Source: Ideonella sp. (GTDB lineage: Bacteria; Pseudomonadota; Gammaproteobacteria; Burkholderiales; Burkholderiaceae_C). Taken from it: a DNA stretch of 64,000 nucleotides. This document shows positions 1 to 9,430 of this stretch, one piece after another (positions within the stretch are counted from its first letter, which is position 1; the number at the start of each line of letters is the position of its first letter). The notes beneath the pieces are model-generated. The model was not told the origin of the DNA. It did no database searches and saw nothing but the letters and a program-made list of their open reading frames with translations. The stretch is from positions 11,974 to 75,973 of the forward strand of contig NZ_JAYRUN010000014.1 of assembly GCF_041918995.1 (NCBI RefSeq), read 5' to 3'. Both the position numbers and the translations under genes were made by a program.

Positions 1-1458
1 GGGGACCGCGTGGCCATCATGCTGCCCAACGTGCCGCAGTACCCCGTGGCGGTGGCCGGCGTGCTGCGCGCCGGCATGGTGGTGGTGAACGTGAACCCGC
101 TGTACACGCCGCGCGAGCTGGAGCACCAGCTCAAGGATTCGGGCGCCAAGGCCATCGTCATCCTGGAGAACTTCGCCGCCACGCTGCAGCAGGTGGCCGA
201 CCACGTGCCGACCCAGCACGTGGTGCTGGCCGCCATGGGCGACATGATGGGCCTGCTCAAGGGCGCCATCGTGAACCACGTGGTGCGCAAGGTGAAGAAG
301 ATGGTCCCGGCCTTCAGCCTGCCGGCGGCCACGCGCTTCAACGACGCGCTCTCGCAGGGCCGCGGCAAGGCGTTCACCGCGCCCAAGATGGGCCCGGACG
401 ACATCGCCGTGCTGCAGTACACCGGCGGTACCACGGGCGTGAGCAAGGGCGCGGTGCTGCTGCACCGCAACCTCGTGGCCAACGTGCTGCAGTCCGAGGC
501 CTGGTACCAGCCCGCGCTGAAGAAGATCCCGCCGGGCGACCAGGTGGTCACCATCTGCGCCCTGCCGCTGTACCACATCTTCGGCTTCAACACGAACATG
601 ATGCTGGGCCTGCGCATGGGCGGCTGCAACATCCTGATCCCCAACCCACGTGACATCCCGGCCGTGCTCAAGGAGCTGTCGCGCGAGCGCTTCCACAGCT
701 TCCCCGCGGTGAACACGCTGTTCAACGCGCTGGCCAACCACCCCGACTTCGACAGCGTGGACTGGAGCCACCTCGTCATCTCCGTGGGCGGCGGCATGGC
801 CGTGCAGCAGGCCACGGCCCGGCTGTGGCTGGAGAAGACCGGCTGCCCCATCTGCGAGGGGTACGGCCTGTCCGAGACCTCGCCGGTGGCGGCGTGCAAC
901 CCGGTGGACACCACCGCGTACACGGGCACCATCGGCCTGCCGGTGAGCAACACCGAGCTCACCCTGCTGGACGACGACGGCCGCGAGGTGCCGGCCGGCC
1001 AGGCCGGCGAGATCGCCATCCGCGGGCCGCAGGTGATGGCCGGCTACTGGCAGCGTCCGGACGAGACCGCCAAGGTGATGACCGCCGACGGCTACTTCCG
1101 CACGGGCGACGTCGGGGTCATGGACGAGCGCGGCTACTTCCGCATCGTCGACCGCAAGAAGGACATGATCCTCGTGTCCGGTTTCAATGTGTATCCGAAC
1201 GAGGTCGAGGACGTGATCACCCAGATGCCGGGCGTGCTGGAATGCGCGGCGGTGGGGGTGCCGGACGACAAGGCGGGCGAGGCGGTGAAGGTCGTCATCG
1301 TGAAAAAGGACCCGTCCGTGACCGAAAGCGATGTGCGGAGTTGGTGTGAAGCCAATCTGACCGGCTACAAGCGGCCCCGGGTGATTGAATTCCGCACCGA
1401 ACTGCCGAAGACACCGGTGGGCAAGGTGTTGCGCCGCGAGTTGCGCGACAAGAAATGA
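1..1458 (+). CDS. fadD: Long-chain fatty-acid--CoA ligase (AMP-binding enzyme), 5'-truncated by window edge
   Basis: The frame is open from nt 1 (GDRVAIMLPN...). It has the AMP-binding signature YTGGTTGVSKGA and the C-terminal GKVLRRELR typical of FadD-type acyl-CoA synthetases. Confidence 0.9.
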   Translation, partial: GDRVAIMLPNVPQYPVAVAGVLRAGMVVVNVNPLYTPRELEHQLKDSGAKAIVILENFAATLQQVADHVPTQHVVLAAMGDMMGLLKGAIVNHVVRKVKKMVPAFSLPAATRFNDALSQGRGKAFTAPKMGPDDIAVLQYTGGTTGVSKGAVLLHRNLVANVLQSEAWYQPALKKIPPGDQVVTICALPLYHIFGFNTNMMLGLRMGGCNILIPNPRDIPAVLKELSRERFHSFPAVNTLFNALANHPDFDSVDWSHLVISVGGGMAVQQATARLWLEKTGCPICEGYGLSETSPVAACNPVDTTAYTGTIGLPVSNTELTLLDDDGREVPAGQAGEIAIRGPQVMAGYWQRPDETAKVMTADGYFRTGDVGVMDERGYFRIVDRKKDMILVSGFNVYPNEVEDVITQMPGVLECAAVGVPDDKAGEAVKVVIVKKDPSVTESDVRSWCEANLTGYKRPRVIEFRTELPKTPVGKVLRRELRDKK

Positions 1459-1621
1459 GCGCCTGACCGCCGACCACGGCGGCCGGCGAGCGACCCCGTA
1501 GGGAGTGCGGGGCCGCCGAGCTGTCTCCGGCCCGTTCACGGAGGCGGCCATACAGGGTGGTCAGGGCGCCGTCACGGGCGCACCCGGCCGTGTTTGGGGC
1601 CCATCGCCATCGGGATCGAGC

Positions 1622-2188
1622 ATGCCGTCTCGTTTTGTCAGGACGCCCGCGGGCCAGGTCGAGATCCAGGCCCGCGCGCTCAAGCTCAGCCGGCCGGCGC
1701 GCAACCTGCTGCTGGTCATCAACGATTCACGCAGCCTGGACGACTGGCTCGTGCAGGTGCACGGCGTGACGCCGGAGGACGTGGCCCTGCTGCGCGACAA
1801 CGGCCTGATCGCCGAGGCCGGCGGGGCGGCAGGCGCGGCGCCACGGCCTGCCGGCGCGGGGCCGGCGCCGGCGGATCTGCGGGAGCCCGCGTCGCGCGCG
1901 CCCGCGCCGGCGGCCGCGCCCGCCACGCCGGACAGCGCCGACTGGGACCGCACGCAGCAGGTCATCCGCGCGGCGGCCTACACGCCGCTGTACGACGCGC
2001 TGAATTCCGTCGGCAAGGCCAAGCTCGGCCTGATGCGGGGCTACCGCTTTGCCCTCGAGATCGAGAAGTGCAACGGGATCGAGGACCTGCGCAGCCTGGC
2101 GCTGCGCTTCGCCGAGCAGCTGCGCCAGGAGCACGGCATGGCCGCCGTGGGTGAGCTCACCTACGCCATCGGCGCCGTCAAGGCCTGA
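1622..2188 (+). CDS. Hypothetical protein (188 aa) with Ala/Pro-rich linker
   Basis: This is the inner ATG of ORF 1505..2188. The region from MPSRFVRTPAG onward reads like protein, and the upstream part looks non-coding. I recognise no family. Confidence 0.5.
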   Translation: MPSRFVRTPAGQVEIQARALKLSRPARNLLLVINDSRSLDDWLVQVHGVTPEDVALLRDNGLIAEAGGAAGAAPRPAGAGPAPADLREPASRAPAPAAAPATPDSADWDRTQQVIRAAAYTPLYDALNSVGKAKLGLMRGYRFALEIEKCNGIEDLRSLALRFAEQLRQEHGMAAVGELTYAIGAVKA

Positions 2189-2241
2189 CGCCTGCCCGGG
2201 CGCACCCGCCCGGGGCCGGCCCTCGCCCCGGGCACTCCCGG

Positions 2242-3228
2242 CTACAGGTACAGGGCGATGATCTCCTGCGTCCAGGTGGCGTCCTTGTCCGTGCGGCCTT
2301 CCAGCTGGGACTTCTGCTTCTGCAGGTAGGCGCGTGATGCCTCCGTTCCCAGGTCGCCGATGGCCTTCAGCGCCATCGCGCGGTCCTGCCAGATGAGCGT
2401 GGTGTTCTCGTACAGCCCGCTCAGGAAGGCCATCTGGTCCGTCGCCTTGAGGATGCCCAGCGACGAGATGGCGGCCAGGCGGACGTACTCGTTGGCGTGG
2501 GTGCTGAGCTTGACCAGCTCCGGCACGGCGCGTGCGTTGTTGCCGAAGCCGAGCTGGTACACGGCGAGGTAGGCATCCGCCGACTTGTCACCGTCCTGCT
2601 GGATCCTGCGGACCAGGGCGCCGACTTCCTCGTCGCTGATCGACTGGCGGAACAGCTGCTGGTTCAGCTTCGCCGCCAGTTCCTTCGTCACGATGCCCAG
2701 CGGATCGTTGTAGGTCGGGTCGATCACTTCATCGAAGCTCATCACCGGGACCTTGCCGCGCTTGACGTAGGACGTGATCGTCTGCGGCCCCCGGTCGGTG
2801 ACCAGGTCCGCCCGCACGGACGTGAAGGTGACGAACGGCGAGAACCCGCTGGCACGGTGGTTCTCGATGCGCAGGCGCTTGATCAGCACCGTGGTGCCGC
2901 CCGGTGCATCGCCCAGCACGACGGGCAGGCCGCGGGCCGCCAGCTCCTTCACGGTGTGCTGCGCCACCCAGGGCACGGCATCGAAGGGCTTGTCCAGGTA
3001 GACCAGCTGCATGGGGATCAGGCCGGACACCGTCCTGGCCTTGTCCTCCTCGCGCCGGTCGTCCTTGAAGGCCAGGGTGACCGGGGCCGGCTTGACCGCC
3101 TGCTCGTAGGCACTGGCCGAGGGCGCCGGGTCCTTGATGGGCACCTTCATGTTGACGGCGCAGCCGGACAGGCAAGCGGCCGCCACGGCCATGGCGGGCG
3201 CGGCGCGGAACAGGTGGAGCGGGTTCAT
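2242..3228 (-). CDS. Lipoprotein with C-terminal HEAT/PBS-lyase-like repeats
   Basis: The start is at ATG 3228, preceded by a GAGGAGG Shine-Dalgarno. The signal peptide has the lipobox AACLSGC. The C-terminal half has helical repeats (VPELVKLSTHANEYVRLAAISSLG...). The rest of the 464-aa ORF upstream looks non-coding. Confidence 0.7.
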   Translation of the reverse strand: MNPLHLFRAAPAMAVAAACLSGCAVNMKVPIKDPAPSASAYEQAVKPAPVTLAFKDDRREEDKARTVSGLIPMQLVYLDKPFDAVPWVAQHTVKELAARGLPVVLGDAPGGTTVLIKRLRIENHRASGFSPFVTFTSVRADLVTDRGPQTITSYVKRGKVPVMSFDEVIDPTYNDPLGIVTKELAAKLNQQLFRQSISDEEVGALVRRIQQDGDKSADAYLAVYQLGFGNNARAVPELVKLSTHANEYVRLAAISSLGILKATDQMAFLSGLYENTTLIWQDRAMALKAIGDLGTEASRAYLQKQKSQLEGRTDKDATWTQEIIALYL

Positions 3229-3337
3229 CGGGCGGTTTCCTCCTCGGGTCGCATGGGGTGTCATCGGCTGGATCCACGACCCGGCGAATGCCATGTCATG
3301 CGCGCCGCACGGGAAACGGTTTGCGCCAACCCGGGTG

Positions 3338-4321
3338 TCAGGGCCTGGCTGCGCCCGCACCGGCGGTGGCCACGGCGTCGAGCGCCACCTGCCGCGCCAG
3401 CCGGCGGCGGTACCAGGCCACCAGCTCCGCGTCGTCGAAGCCCTCGGCCAGGGCGTCGGCCATGCCGCGTTCCACCGAGGCGTCGACGCCTCGGCCCATG
3501 CGCGACAGCGCGTGGGCGAGCTCGCTGCGCAGGAAGGCCTCGTCGACCTGCTGCTGGCGGTCGGTGTCGTGGTTGGCCAGCAGCACCAGGCCGGCGTTCG
3601 CCTGCTCGGCTGCCACCGCCGGATCGCCCAGCGCATTGGCCACGAGCGCGCGCAGGTAGTGGGCGCGCTCGTGCTGCACCCACTGGCCCGCCCGGTGCCA
3701 GAAGCCCTGCGCCAGCCGCGCCCCCTCGTCCATGGCGCGACGCACCGACGGCACGTCCAGCTCCGGCACGGGGCGTTCGGCCAGCTCGGTGGCGATGTTG
3801 TTGGTCAACGCGGCGGCCGGCCCGTCCAGCGCGCTGGCGGACTGCCAGGCCGGCCCGTGCAGTGGCGCCAGGGCCGCGAGCGCCGCCTCTCCGGCGTGCG
3901 CGCCATGCAGGCGCGACAGCCCGAACACCGTGGCCGCCACCGCCACCAGGTCAGCTGCCTGGCCCGGCGGCACGCCGGCGCTGTCGGCCAGGCGCGAGGT
4001 CAGTGCGGCTTCCGCGGCCCCCTCACCGGCCAGCCGGGCGGCCGCTGCGGCGTTGCGCAGCAGCGGCAGCGACGCCTGGGGCCCGCAGGCGGCCAGCAGC
4101 GCCTGCTGCAGCCGCCAGGCTTCGCCGGGCTGGCCCAGGCGCTCGGCGAACACGTGGGTGAGCAGGAACGCGACGCGCGCCCGCTGGCCCGGGTCCAGCT
4201 CGGCGAAGTCCAGCGACTGCAGCAGGCCCGCGGCGCGCGACGGGTCGTCGTCGTGGCAGGCGTCTGCCGTCTGCAGCAGCACGGCGGCACGGGCCGGGGC
4301 GTGTGCACGGGAAGCATCCAT
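3338..4321 (-). CDS. Hypothetical all-alpha (TPR-like) protein
   Basis: ATG 4321 is preceded by AGGAGA. The 327-aa Ala/Leu-rich helical sequence matches no family I recognise. Confidence 0.55.
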   Translation of the reverse strand: MDASRAHAPARAAVLLQTADACHDDDPSRAAGLLQSLDFAELDPGQRARVAFLLTHVFAERLGQPGEAWRLQQALLAACGPQASLPLLRNAAAAARLAGEGAAEAALTSRLADSAGVPPGQAADLVAVAATVFGLSRLHGAHAGEAALAALAPLHGPAWQSASALDGPAAALTNNIATELAERPVPELDVPSVRRAMDEGARLAQGFWHRAGQWVQHERAHYLRALVANALGDPAVAAEQANAGLVLLANHDTDRQQQVDEAFLRSELAHALSRMGRGVDASVERGMADALAEGFDDAELVAWYRRRLARQVALDAVATAGAGAARP

Positions 4322-4389
4322 CGTGTCTCCTGGCGGTCGCCGACGGCGCGGCGTGGGCCGCCGATTGTGGCTGCGGCACACTTGCGTGC

Positions 4390-5118
4390 ATGCCCCCACG
4401 TTTGTACCTCGATGTGCCGCTGGACGCCGGCACCGTGCTCGCCCTGCCCCCGGAGGCGGCCCGCCATGTGCAGGTGCTTCGCCTGCAGCCCGGCGACGCG
4501 CTCACGCTGTTCGACGGCCGCGGGGGCGAGTGGCAGGCCGAGGTGCTGCACATGGGCGGTCGCCAGCAGGTGGAGGTGCGCCCGCTCGCCCGCCACGCCG
4601 TGTCGCGCGAGCTGCCCTGCGCCGTGACGCTGGCCGTGGGCATGCCGGCCAACGAGCGCATGGACGCGCTGGTCGAGAAGGCCACCGAGCTGGGCGTGGC
4701 GGTGCTGCAGCCCTTGCAGTGCGCACGCAGCGTGCTGCGGCTCGCGGGCGAACGCGCCGAGCGGCGCCAGGCCCACTGGCAGGCGGTGGCCGTGGCGGCG
4801 GCCGAGCAGAGCGGGCGCACCCAGGTGCCGCGCGTGCAGCCGGTGTGCACGCCGGCGCAGTGGCTCGCCACGCTGCCCCCGGCCGAGGGCAGCCAGCGCC
4901 ACGTGCTGTGCTTTGCGCCCGATGCGCGGCCCGCGTCGGCCCTGTGCGGCAGCGCCGGGCCGGCGATGGTGATGAGCGGGCCGGAAGGCGGGCTCACGCC
5001 CGAGGAGGAGGCCCTGGCCCGGCAGCGCGGCTTCGCGCCGGTGTCGCTCGGCCCGCGTGTGCTGCGGGCCGACACCGCCCCGCTGGCCGCGCTGGTGCTG
5101 CTGGCGGCCGGCCGCTGA
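4390..5118 (+). CDS. rsmE: 16S rRNA (uracil1498-N3)-methyltransferase
   Basis: The sequence MPPRLYLDVPL...LTLFDGRGGEW...GPEGGLTPEE...LGPRVLRADTAP follows the typical RsmE layout. I chose the inner ATG at 4390. Confidence 0.85.
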   Translation: MPPRLYLDVPLDAGTVLALPPEAARHVQVLRLQPGDALTLFDGRGGEWQAEVLHMGGRQQVEVRPLARHAVSRELPCAVTLAVGMPANERMDALVEKATELGVAVLQPLQCARSVLRLAGERAERRQAHWQAVAVAAAEQSGRTQVPRVQPVCTPAQWLATLPPAEGSQRHVLCFAPDARPASALCGSAGPAMVMSGPEGGLTPEEEALARQRGFAPVSLGPRVLRADTAPLAALVLLAAGR

Positions 5119-5222
5119 CGCGCCCCTGCGCGGCGGCGCCGGCCCGCCGCACTTGACCTTGCCATGGGGGCAGCCTCCATCCTGCCCCACCTGGCGCCTC
5201 GCCTGCGCACCTGCCCACGCCC

Positions 5223-6446
5223 ATGCCCATGCCCCTGACCGACTCGGCCCCGCCGACCCCGACGCCCCGCCAGGGCCTGCTCTGGCTCACGGTCTGCCAG
5301 GGCCTGTTCCTGCTGAACAACGTGGTGTTCATGGCCGTCAACGGCCTGGTGGGCCTGTCGCTCGCGCCCAGTGGCTGGCTGGCCACGCTGCCGCTGACGG
5401 CCTACGTGCTGGGCGGCGCGCTGTCCACCGGCCTGGTGGCCCGGCACCAGCAGCGGGTGGGGCGCCGGCGCGCCTTCCAGGCCGGCCTCGCGGTGGCCAT
5501 GGTGGCCTCCGCCCTGTGCGCGGTGGCGGCGCTCGTGGGCAGTTTCTGGTTGCTGGTGGGCGCCACGCTCCTGGGCGGCTACTACAACGCCAACGCGGCG
5601 CTGTACCGCTTCGCCGCCACCGAGGTGGCCGGGCCGGCGGGGCGCGAGCGGGCCATCTCCTGGGTGCTGGCCGGCGGCGTGGTGGGCGGCGTGCTCGGGC
5701 CCGAGCTGGCCCAGGCCACGCGGGATGCGCTGGCGGTGCCGTTCGCCGGCGCCTATGCCACGCTGGTGGCGGTGGCGGCAATGTCCATGCTGAGCCTGTC
5801 GCGCATCGAGTTCCCGGTGCTGCCGCCGGTGCCGTCCGGCGCGGCCGGCCACCTGCCCGCCGGCTTCCTGCGGCGCGCGCCGGTGGTGGCCGCCATCGCG
5901 GCCTCCGCGCTCGGCTACGGGGTGATGAACCTGCTGATGGCCGCCACGCCCATCGCCATGCAGGTGTGCAGCCACCCGTTCTCGGCGGTGGCCTGGGTGC
6001 TGGAGTGGCATGTGCTGGGCATGTACCTGCCGAGCTTCTTCACCGGCAGCCTGATCCGCCGCCTGGGCGTGAAGCCGGTGCTGCTGGCGGGGGTGCTGCT
6101 CAACGCGGCCTGCATCGCGGTGGCGCTGCACGGCGTGGACCTGATGCACTTCACGGGCGCGCTGCTGCTGCTGGGCGTGGGCTGGAACTTCCTCTACGTG
6201 GGCGGTACCACGCTGTACACCGAGACCTATGCGCCCGAGCACAAGGTGCGGGCGCAGGCCCTGATGGACCGCTGCGTGCTGGGCACCATGACGCTCACGT
6301 CCTTCGGCTCGGGTGCCCTGGTCACCACGGGCGGCTGGCAGGCGATGAACCTGGGCGCGCTGCTGCCGCTGGCGCTGCTGGCCGTGCTGCTGTGGCGCCT
6401 GCCGGGGCGGGCAGCCGGCCCGGCCGTCAGCGCGCCGAGCCGCTGA
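5223..6446 (+). CDS. MFS transporter
   Basis: The 407-aa protein is highly hydrophobic with a roughly 12-TM pattern typical of the major facilitator superfamily. Confidence 0.85.
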   Translation: MPMPLTDSAPPTPTPRQGLLWLTVCQGLFLLNNVVFMAVNGLVGLSLAPSGWLATLPLTAYVLGGALSTGLVARHQQRVGRRRAFQAGLAVAMVASALCAVAALVGSFWLLVGATLLGGYYNANAALYRFAATEVAGPAGRERAISWVLAGGVVGGVLGPELAQATRDALAVPFAGAYATLVAVAAMSMLSLSRIEFPVLPPVPSGAAGHLPAGFLRRAPVVAAIAASALGYGVMNLLMAATPIAMQVCSHPFSAVAWVLEWHVLGMYLPSFFTGSLIRRLGVKPVLLAGVLLNAACIAVALHGVDLMHFTGALLLLGVGWNFLYVGGTTLYTETYAPEHKVRAQALMDRCVLGTMTLTSFGSGALVTTGGWQAMNLGALLPLALLAVLLWRLPGRAAGPAVSAPSR

Positions 6447-7674
6447 CGAGCTCGAAGCGGAACAGGCGGCACTCGATGGCGCCGTTCCACATCGGCGTGC
6501 GCCGGCTTTCCTTCAGGCGCAGCAGCTGCGGCAGCTTCGCCTCGGGCGTGAGCACGTGGGCGGTCCAGCCGCCGTAGTGCTTCTTCCAGTGGCTGGCCAG
6601 GCGGGCGTAGAAGTCCGCCGCGTCCTGGGCCCCCTCGAAGCGCTCGCCGCCGACCAGCGCGGGGCCGGCGCCCTGCGCCTGGCCTTGCCCCTTGGGCGCG
6701 ATGCGTTCGCCGTAGGGCGGGTTCATCACGATCAGGCCACGCGGCGCCGGTGGCGGCCGCTGCAGCACGTCGGCCGTCTTGAACTCGATGGCGTGGCGCA
6801 CCCCGGCGCGCTCGGCGTTGCGGGCGGCGAAATCGGTCATGCGGAACGAGACGTCGCCCGCCCACACCGGCACCGCCGGGGCATGCACCGCTTGGCGCGC
6901 CTGCTGCTGCATCTGCGCCCATGCGCTGCGCAGGGCCGGGCTGCCGAAGGGCAGCAGCCGCTCGAACGCGAAGCGCCGGTGCAGGCCCGGTGCCATGCCG
7001 CAGGCGATCTGGGCCGCCTCGATGGCAATGGTGCCGGCGCCGCAGCAGGGGTCGAGCAGGCCGCCGTCCTCGGGCCGCCCGTGCCAGCCGGCAGCGGCCA
7101 GCATGGCGGCGGCCAGCGTCTCTTTCAGCGGCGCCTCGCCCTTGACCTGCACCTGCCCGCCCTGGGCGTTGCGCCAGCCGCGCTTGAACAGCGCCTCGCC
7201 GGACAGGTCGATCGCCAGGCTGGCGTGCTCGGGGCCCAGGTGCAGCACCAGGCCCAGGTCGGGGTGGCGCGTGTCCACGCTGGGCCGCTCGCCGGTGGCC
7301 TCGCGCAGGGTGTCGCACACCGCGTCCTTCACCTTGAGCGCGGCGAAGTTGATGCTGCGCAGCGGCGAGCGCCAGGCCGAGGCGTCCACGCGCAGCGTGT
7401 GGCGTGGCGTGATCCACTGCGGCCAGGCGATGCGGCGCGCCAGGGCGTAGATGTCCTGCTCGCTGGCGTAGGGGCCGTCGGCCACCTGCCACAGCACACG
7501 CTGCGCGAGCCGGCTGCCGAGGTTCAGGCGCATGGCGGCGATGGCATCGCCTTGCACCCACACGCCGCCGCGGCCCTCGTCCACGGGCACGCCTGCGCCC
7601 AGCAGCACGCGGCACTCGGCCGCCAGGTAGGGCTCCACGCCCGCCGCGCAGGGCAGGAACAGCGTGCCATCCAT
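6427..7674 (-). CDS. THUMP-domain class I SAM-dependent RNA methyltransferase (RlmL/RlmK N-terminal type)
   Basis: It has the SAM motif DPCCGAGTIAIEAA and the catalytic NPPYGERI. I chose the start at ATG 7674, preceded by GGAAGGGGG. The first 79 codons of the 494-aa track ORF are tandem-repeat DNA. Confidence 0.85.
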   Translation of the reverse strand: MDGTLFLPCAAGVEPYLAAECRVLLGAGVPVDEGRGGVWVQGDAIAAMRLNLGSRLAQRVLWQVADGPYASEQDIYALARRIAWPQWITPRHTLRVDASAWRSPLRSINFAALKVKDAVCDTLREATGERPSVDTRHPDLGLVLHLGPEHASLAIDLSGEALFKRGWRNAQGGQVQVKGEAPLKETLAAAMLAAAGWHGRPEDGGLLDPCCGAGTIAIEAAQIACGMAPGLHRRFAFERLLPFGSPALRSAWAQMQQQARQAVHAPAVPVWAGDVSFRMTDFAARNAERAGVRHAIEFKTADVLQRPPPAPRGLIVMNPPYGERIAPKGQGQAQGAGPALVGGERFEGAQDAADFYARLASHWKKHYGGWTAHVLTPEAKLPQLLRLKESRRTPMWNGAIECRLFRFELVSGSAR

Positions 7675-7702
7675 GGCGCCCCCTTCCTGCCGGCCGCGCG
7701 CA

Positions 7703-7902
7703 GCGCCGGCCTCGTCAAGCGGCGTGCGCGGATCCGGCTTCGCCGGGCCGCTGCGCGAGCCCCCTTGGGGGGCAGCGACCGGCAGGGAGCGTGGGGGCGG
7801 GCTTTCTGCGCCGGCCTCGTCACGCGGCGTGCGCGGATCCGGCTTCGCCGGGCCGCTGTGCGAGCCCCCCCGGGGGGCAGCGACCGGCAGGGAGCGTGGG
7901 GG
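7703..7902. repeat. Tandem duplication (2 x ~95 nt, period 105 bp) of a GC-rich palindromic intergenic element
   Basis: Copies at 7703-7797 and 7808-7902 are nearly identical. Each contains CGCCGGGCCGCTG and a CCCCC-N2-GGGGG(G) hairpin. The array fills the rpoN-stop to methyltransferase-start gap. Confidence 0.9.
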
Positions 7903-7907
7903 CTGAC

Positions 7908-9422
7908 TCACAGTGCTTTGCGAAGGTTGGCCGGCGCGATCTTGAGCGCCTCGCGGTACTTGGCCACGGTGCGCCGGGCCACCTGGATGCCCTGCTCCTC
8001 GAGCATGTCGGCGATCTGGCTGTCCGACAGCGGCTTGCGGGTGTCCTCGGCCGCGACGAACTGCTTGATGAGCGCGCGCACGGCGGTGGACGACGCGTTG
8101 CCACCGGCGTCGGTGTTCAGCGAGGAGCCGAAGAAGTACTTCAGCTCGAAGGTGCCGAAGGGCGTGGCCATGTACTTGGCCGTGGTCACGCGGCTGATGG
8201 TGGATTCATGCAGGCCCAGCTCGTCGGCGATCTCGCGCAGCACCAGCGGCTTCATGGCGATCTCGCCGTGGCTGAAGAAGGCCTTCTGGCGCTCGACGAT
8301 GGCCTGGCTCACGCGCAGGATGGTGTCGAAGCGCTGCTGGATGTTGCGGATGAACCAGCGCGCCTCCTGCAGCCGGGCCGACAGGCCGCTGGGCCCGTTG
8401 CCGCGCTGGCCGCGTACGGCCTGGGCGTACAGGTCGGACACCCGCAGCCTGGGCATCACGTCGGGGTTGAGCACGGCCTTCCACTGGCGGCCCGCCTTCT
8501 GCACGATCACGTCGGGCACGACGATGAGGTTGTCCGCCCGCGCGAACGGCCGGCCGGGCTTGGGCTCGCAGGCCACGATGAGGGCCTGCGCGGCCTTCAC
8601 GGTGGCCTCGTCGCAGCCGGTGGCGGCGGCGAGCTTCTTCAGGTCGCGGCGGGCCAGCAGATCGAGGTGGGCGCCCGCGATGGCGATGGCGCATGCGCGG
8701 GCTGCGCACGCGGGCTTGTCGCGCAGCTGCAGCGCCAGGCACTCGCCCAGGCAGGAGGCACCCACGCCCGCGGGCTCCATGCTCTGCAGCCACTTCAGGC
8801 CGCAACGCAGCTGGTCGAGCAGCTCCTCGCGGCCCTCGGGCGTGGTGATGCCGAGCGACTCCGCCAGCCGCTCGGCGATCTCGTCGAGCGAGCCGTCGAG
8901 GTAGCCGTCGTCGTCCAGCGACTCGATGAGCACGTGCACGGCGGCCGCGTCGGCGGGTGCCAGGCGCATGCCGGCCAGCTGGCCGCGCAGGTGGTCCTGC
9001 AGCGACGGCGCCAGGCTGTTGCGGTCCTGCGCGTCCAGGCCGTCGTCGTCGCCGCCCGGCCCCGCCGGGCTGGACGAGGGCAGCTCGCGGATGCCGTCGA
9101 AGTCGTCGCGCTCGGTGCCGTTCTCCCAGTCGTCGCGCTCGGTGGTGCCGAACTCGGCGCCGTCCACGCCCGCCGGCTCGTCGGCCGTGTCGCCCGCGGT
9201 GCCGGAGGCGGCCTCCTGCTCGTCGCGCGTGGCCCGCTCGGGCGCCACGTACTCGAAGGGCGGATGGTCTTCCTCCGGCTCCAGGAAGGGGTTCTGCTCG
9301 AGCATCTGCTCGACTTCCTGGTGCAGCTCCAGCGTGGACAGCTGCAGCAGGCGGATGGATTGCTGCAGCTGCGGCGTGAGCGCCAGGTGCTGCGACAGGC
9401 GAACCTGCAGGGTGGGCTTCAT
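7908..9422 (-). CDS. rpoN: RNA polymerase sigma-54 factor
   Basis: The N-terminus is MKPTLQVRLSQHLALTPQLQQSIRLLQLS, and the C-terminal RpoN box is ARRTVAKYREAL. Confidence 0.97.
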   Translation of the reverse strand: MKPTLQVRLSQHLALTPQLQQSIRLLQLSTLELHQEVEQMLEQNPFLEPEEDHPPFEYVAPERATRDEQEAASGTAGDTADEPAGVDGAEFGTTERDDWENGTERDDFDGIRELPSSSPAGPGGDDDGLDAQDRNSLAPSLQDHLRGQLAGMRLAPADAAAVHVLIESLDDDGYLDGSLDEIAERLAESLGITTPEGREELLDQLRCGLKWLQSMEPAGVGASCLGECLALQLRDKPACAARACAIAIAGAHLDLLARRDLKKLAAATGCDEATVKAAQALIVACEPKPGRPFARADNLIVVPDVIVQKAGRQWKAVLNPDVMPRLRVSDLYAQAVRGQRGNGPSGLSARLQEARWFIRNIQQRFDTILRVSQAIVERQKAFFSHGEIAMKPLVLREIADELGLHESTISRVTTAKYMATPFGTFELKYFFGSSLNTDAGGNASSTAVRALIKQFVAAEDTRKPLSDSQIADMLEEQGIQVARRTVAKYREALKIAPANLRKAL

Positions 9423-9430
9423 GTCCAGCC

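Noticed and set aside
7675-7911. An N-terminal 79-aa extension of the THUMP methyltransferase ORF contains a duplicated peptide (PRSLPVAAP.GGS.SGPAKPDPRTP).
   Set aside because: The extension is produced by reading through the tandem REP-like DNA repeat. A good Shine-Dalgarno and ATG lie at 7674, and the conserved protein begins there.
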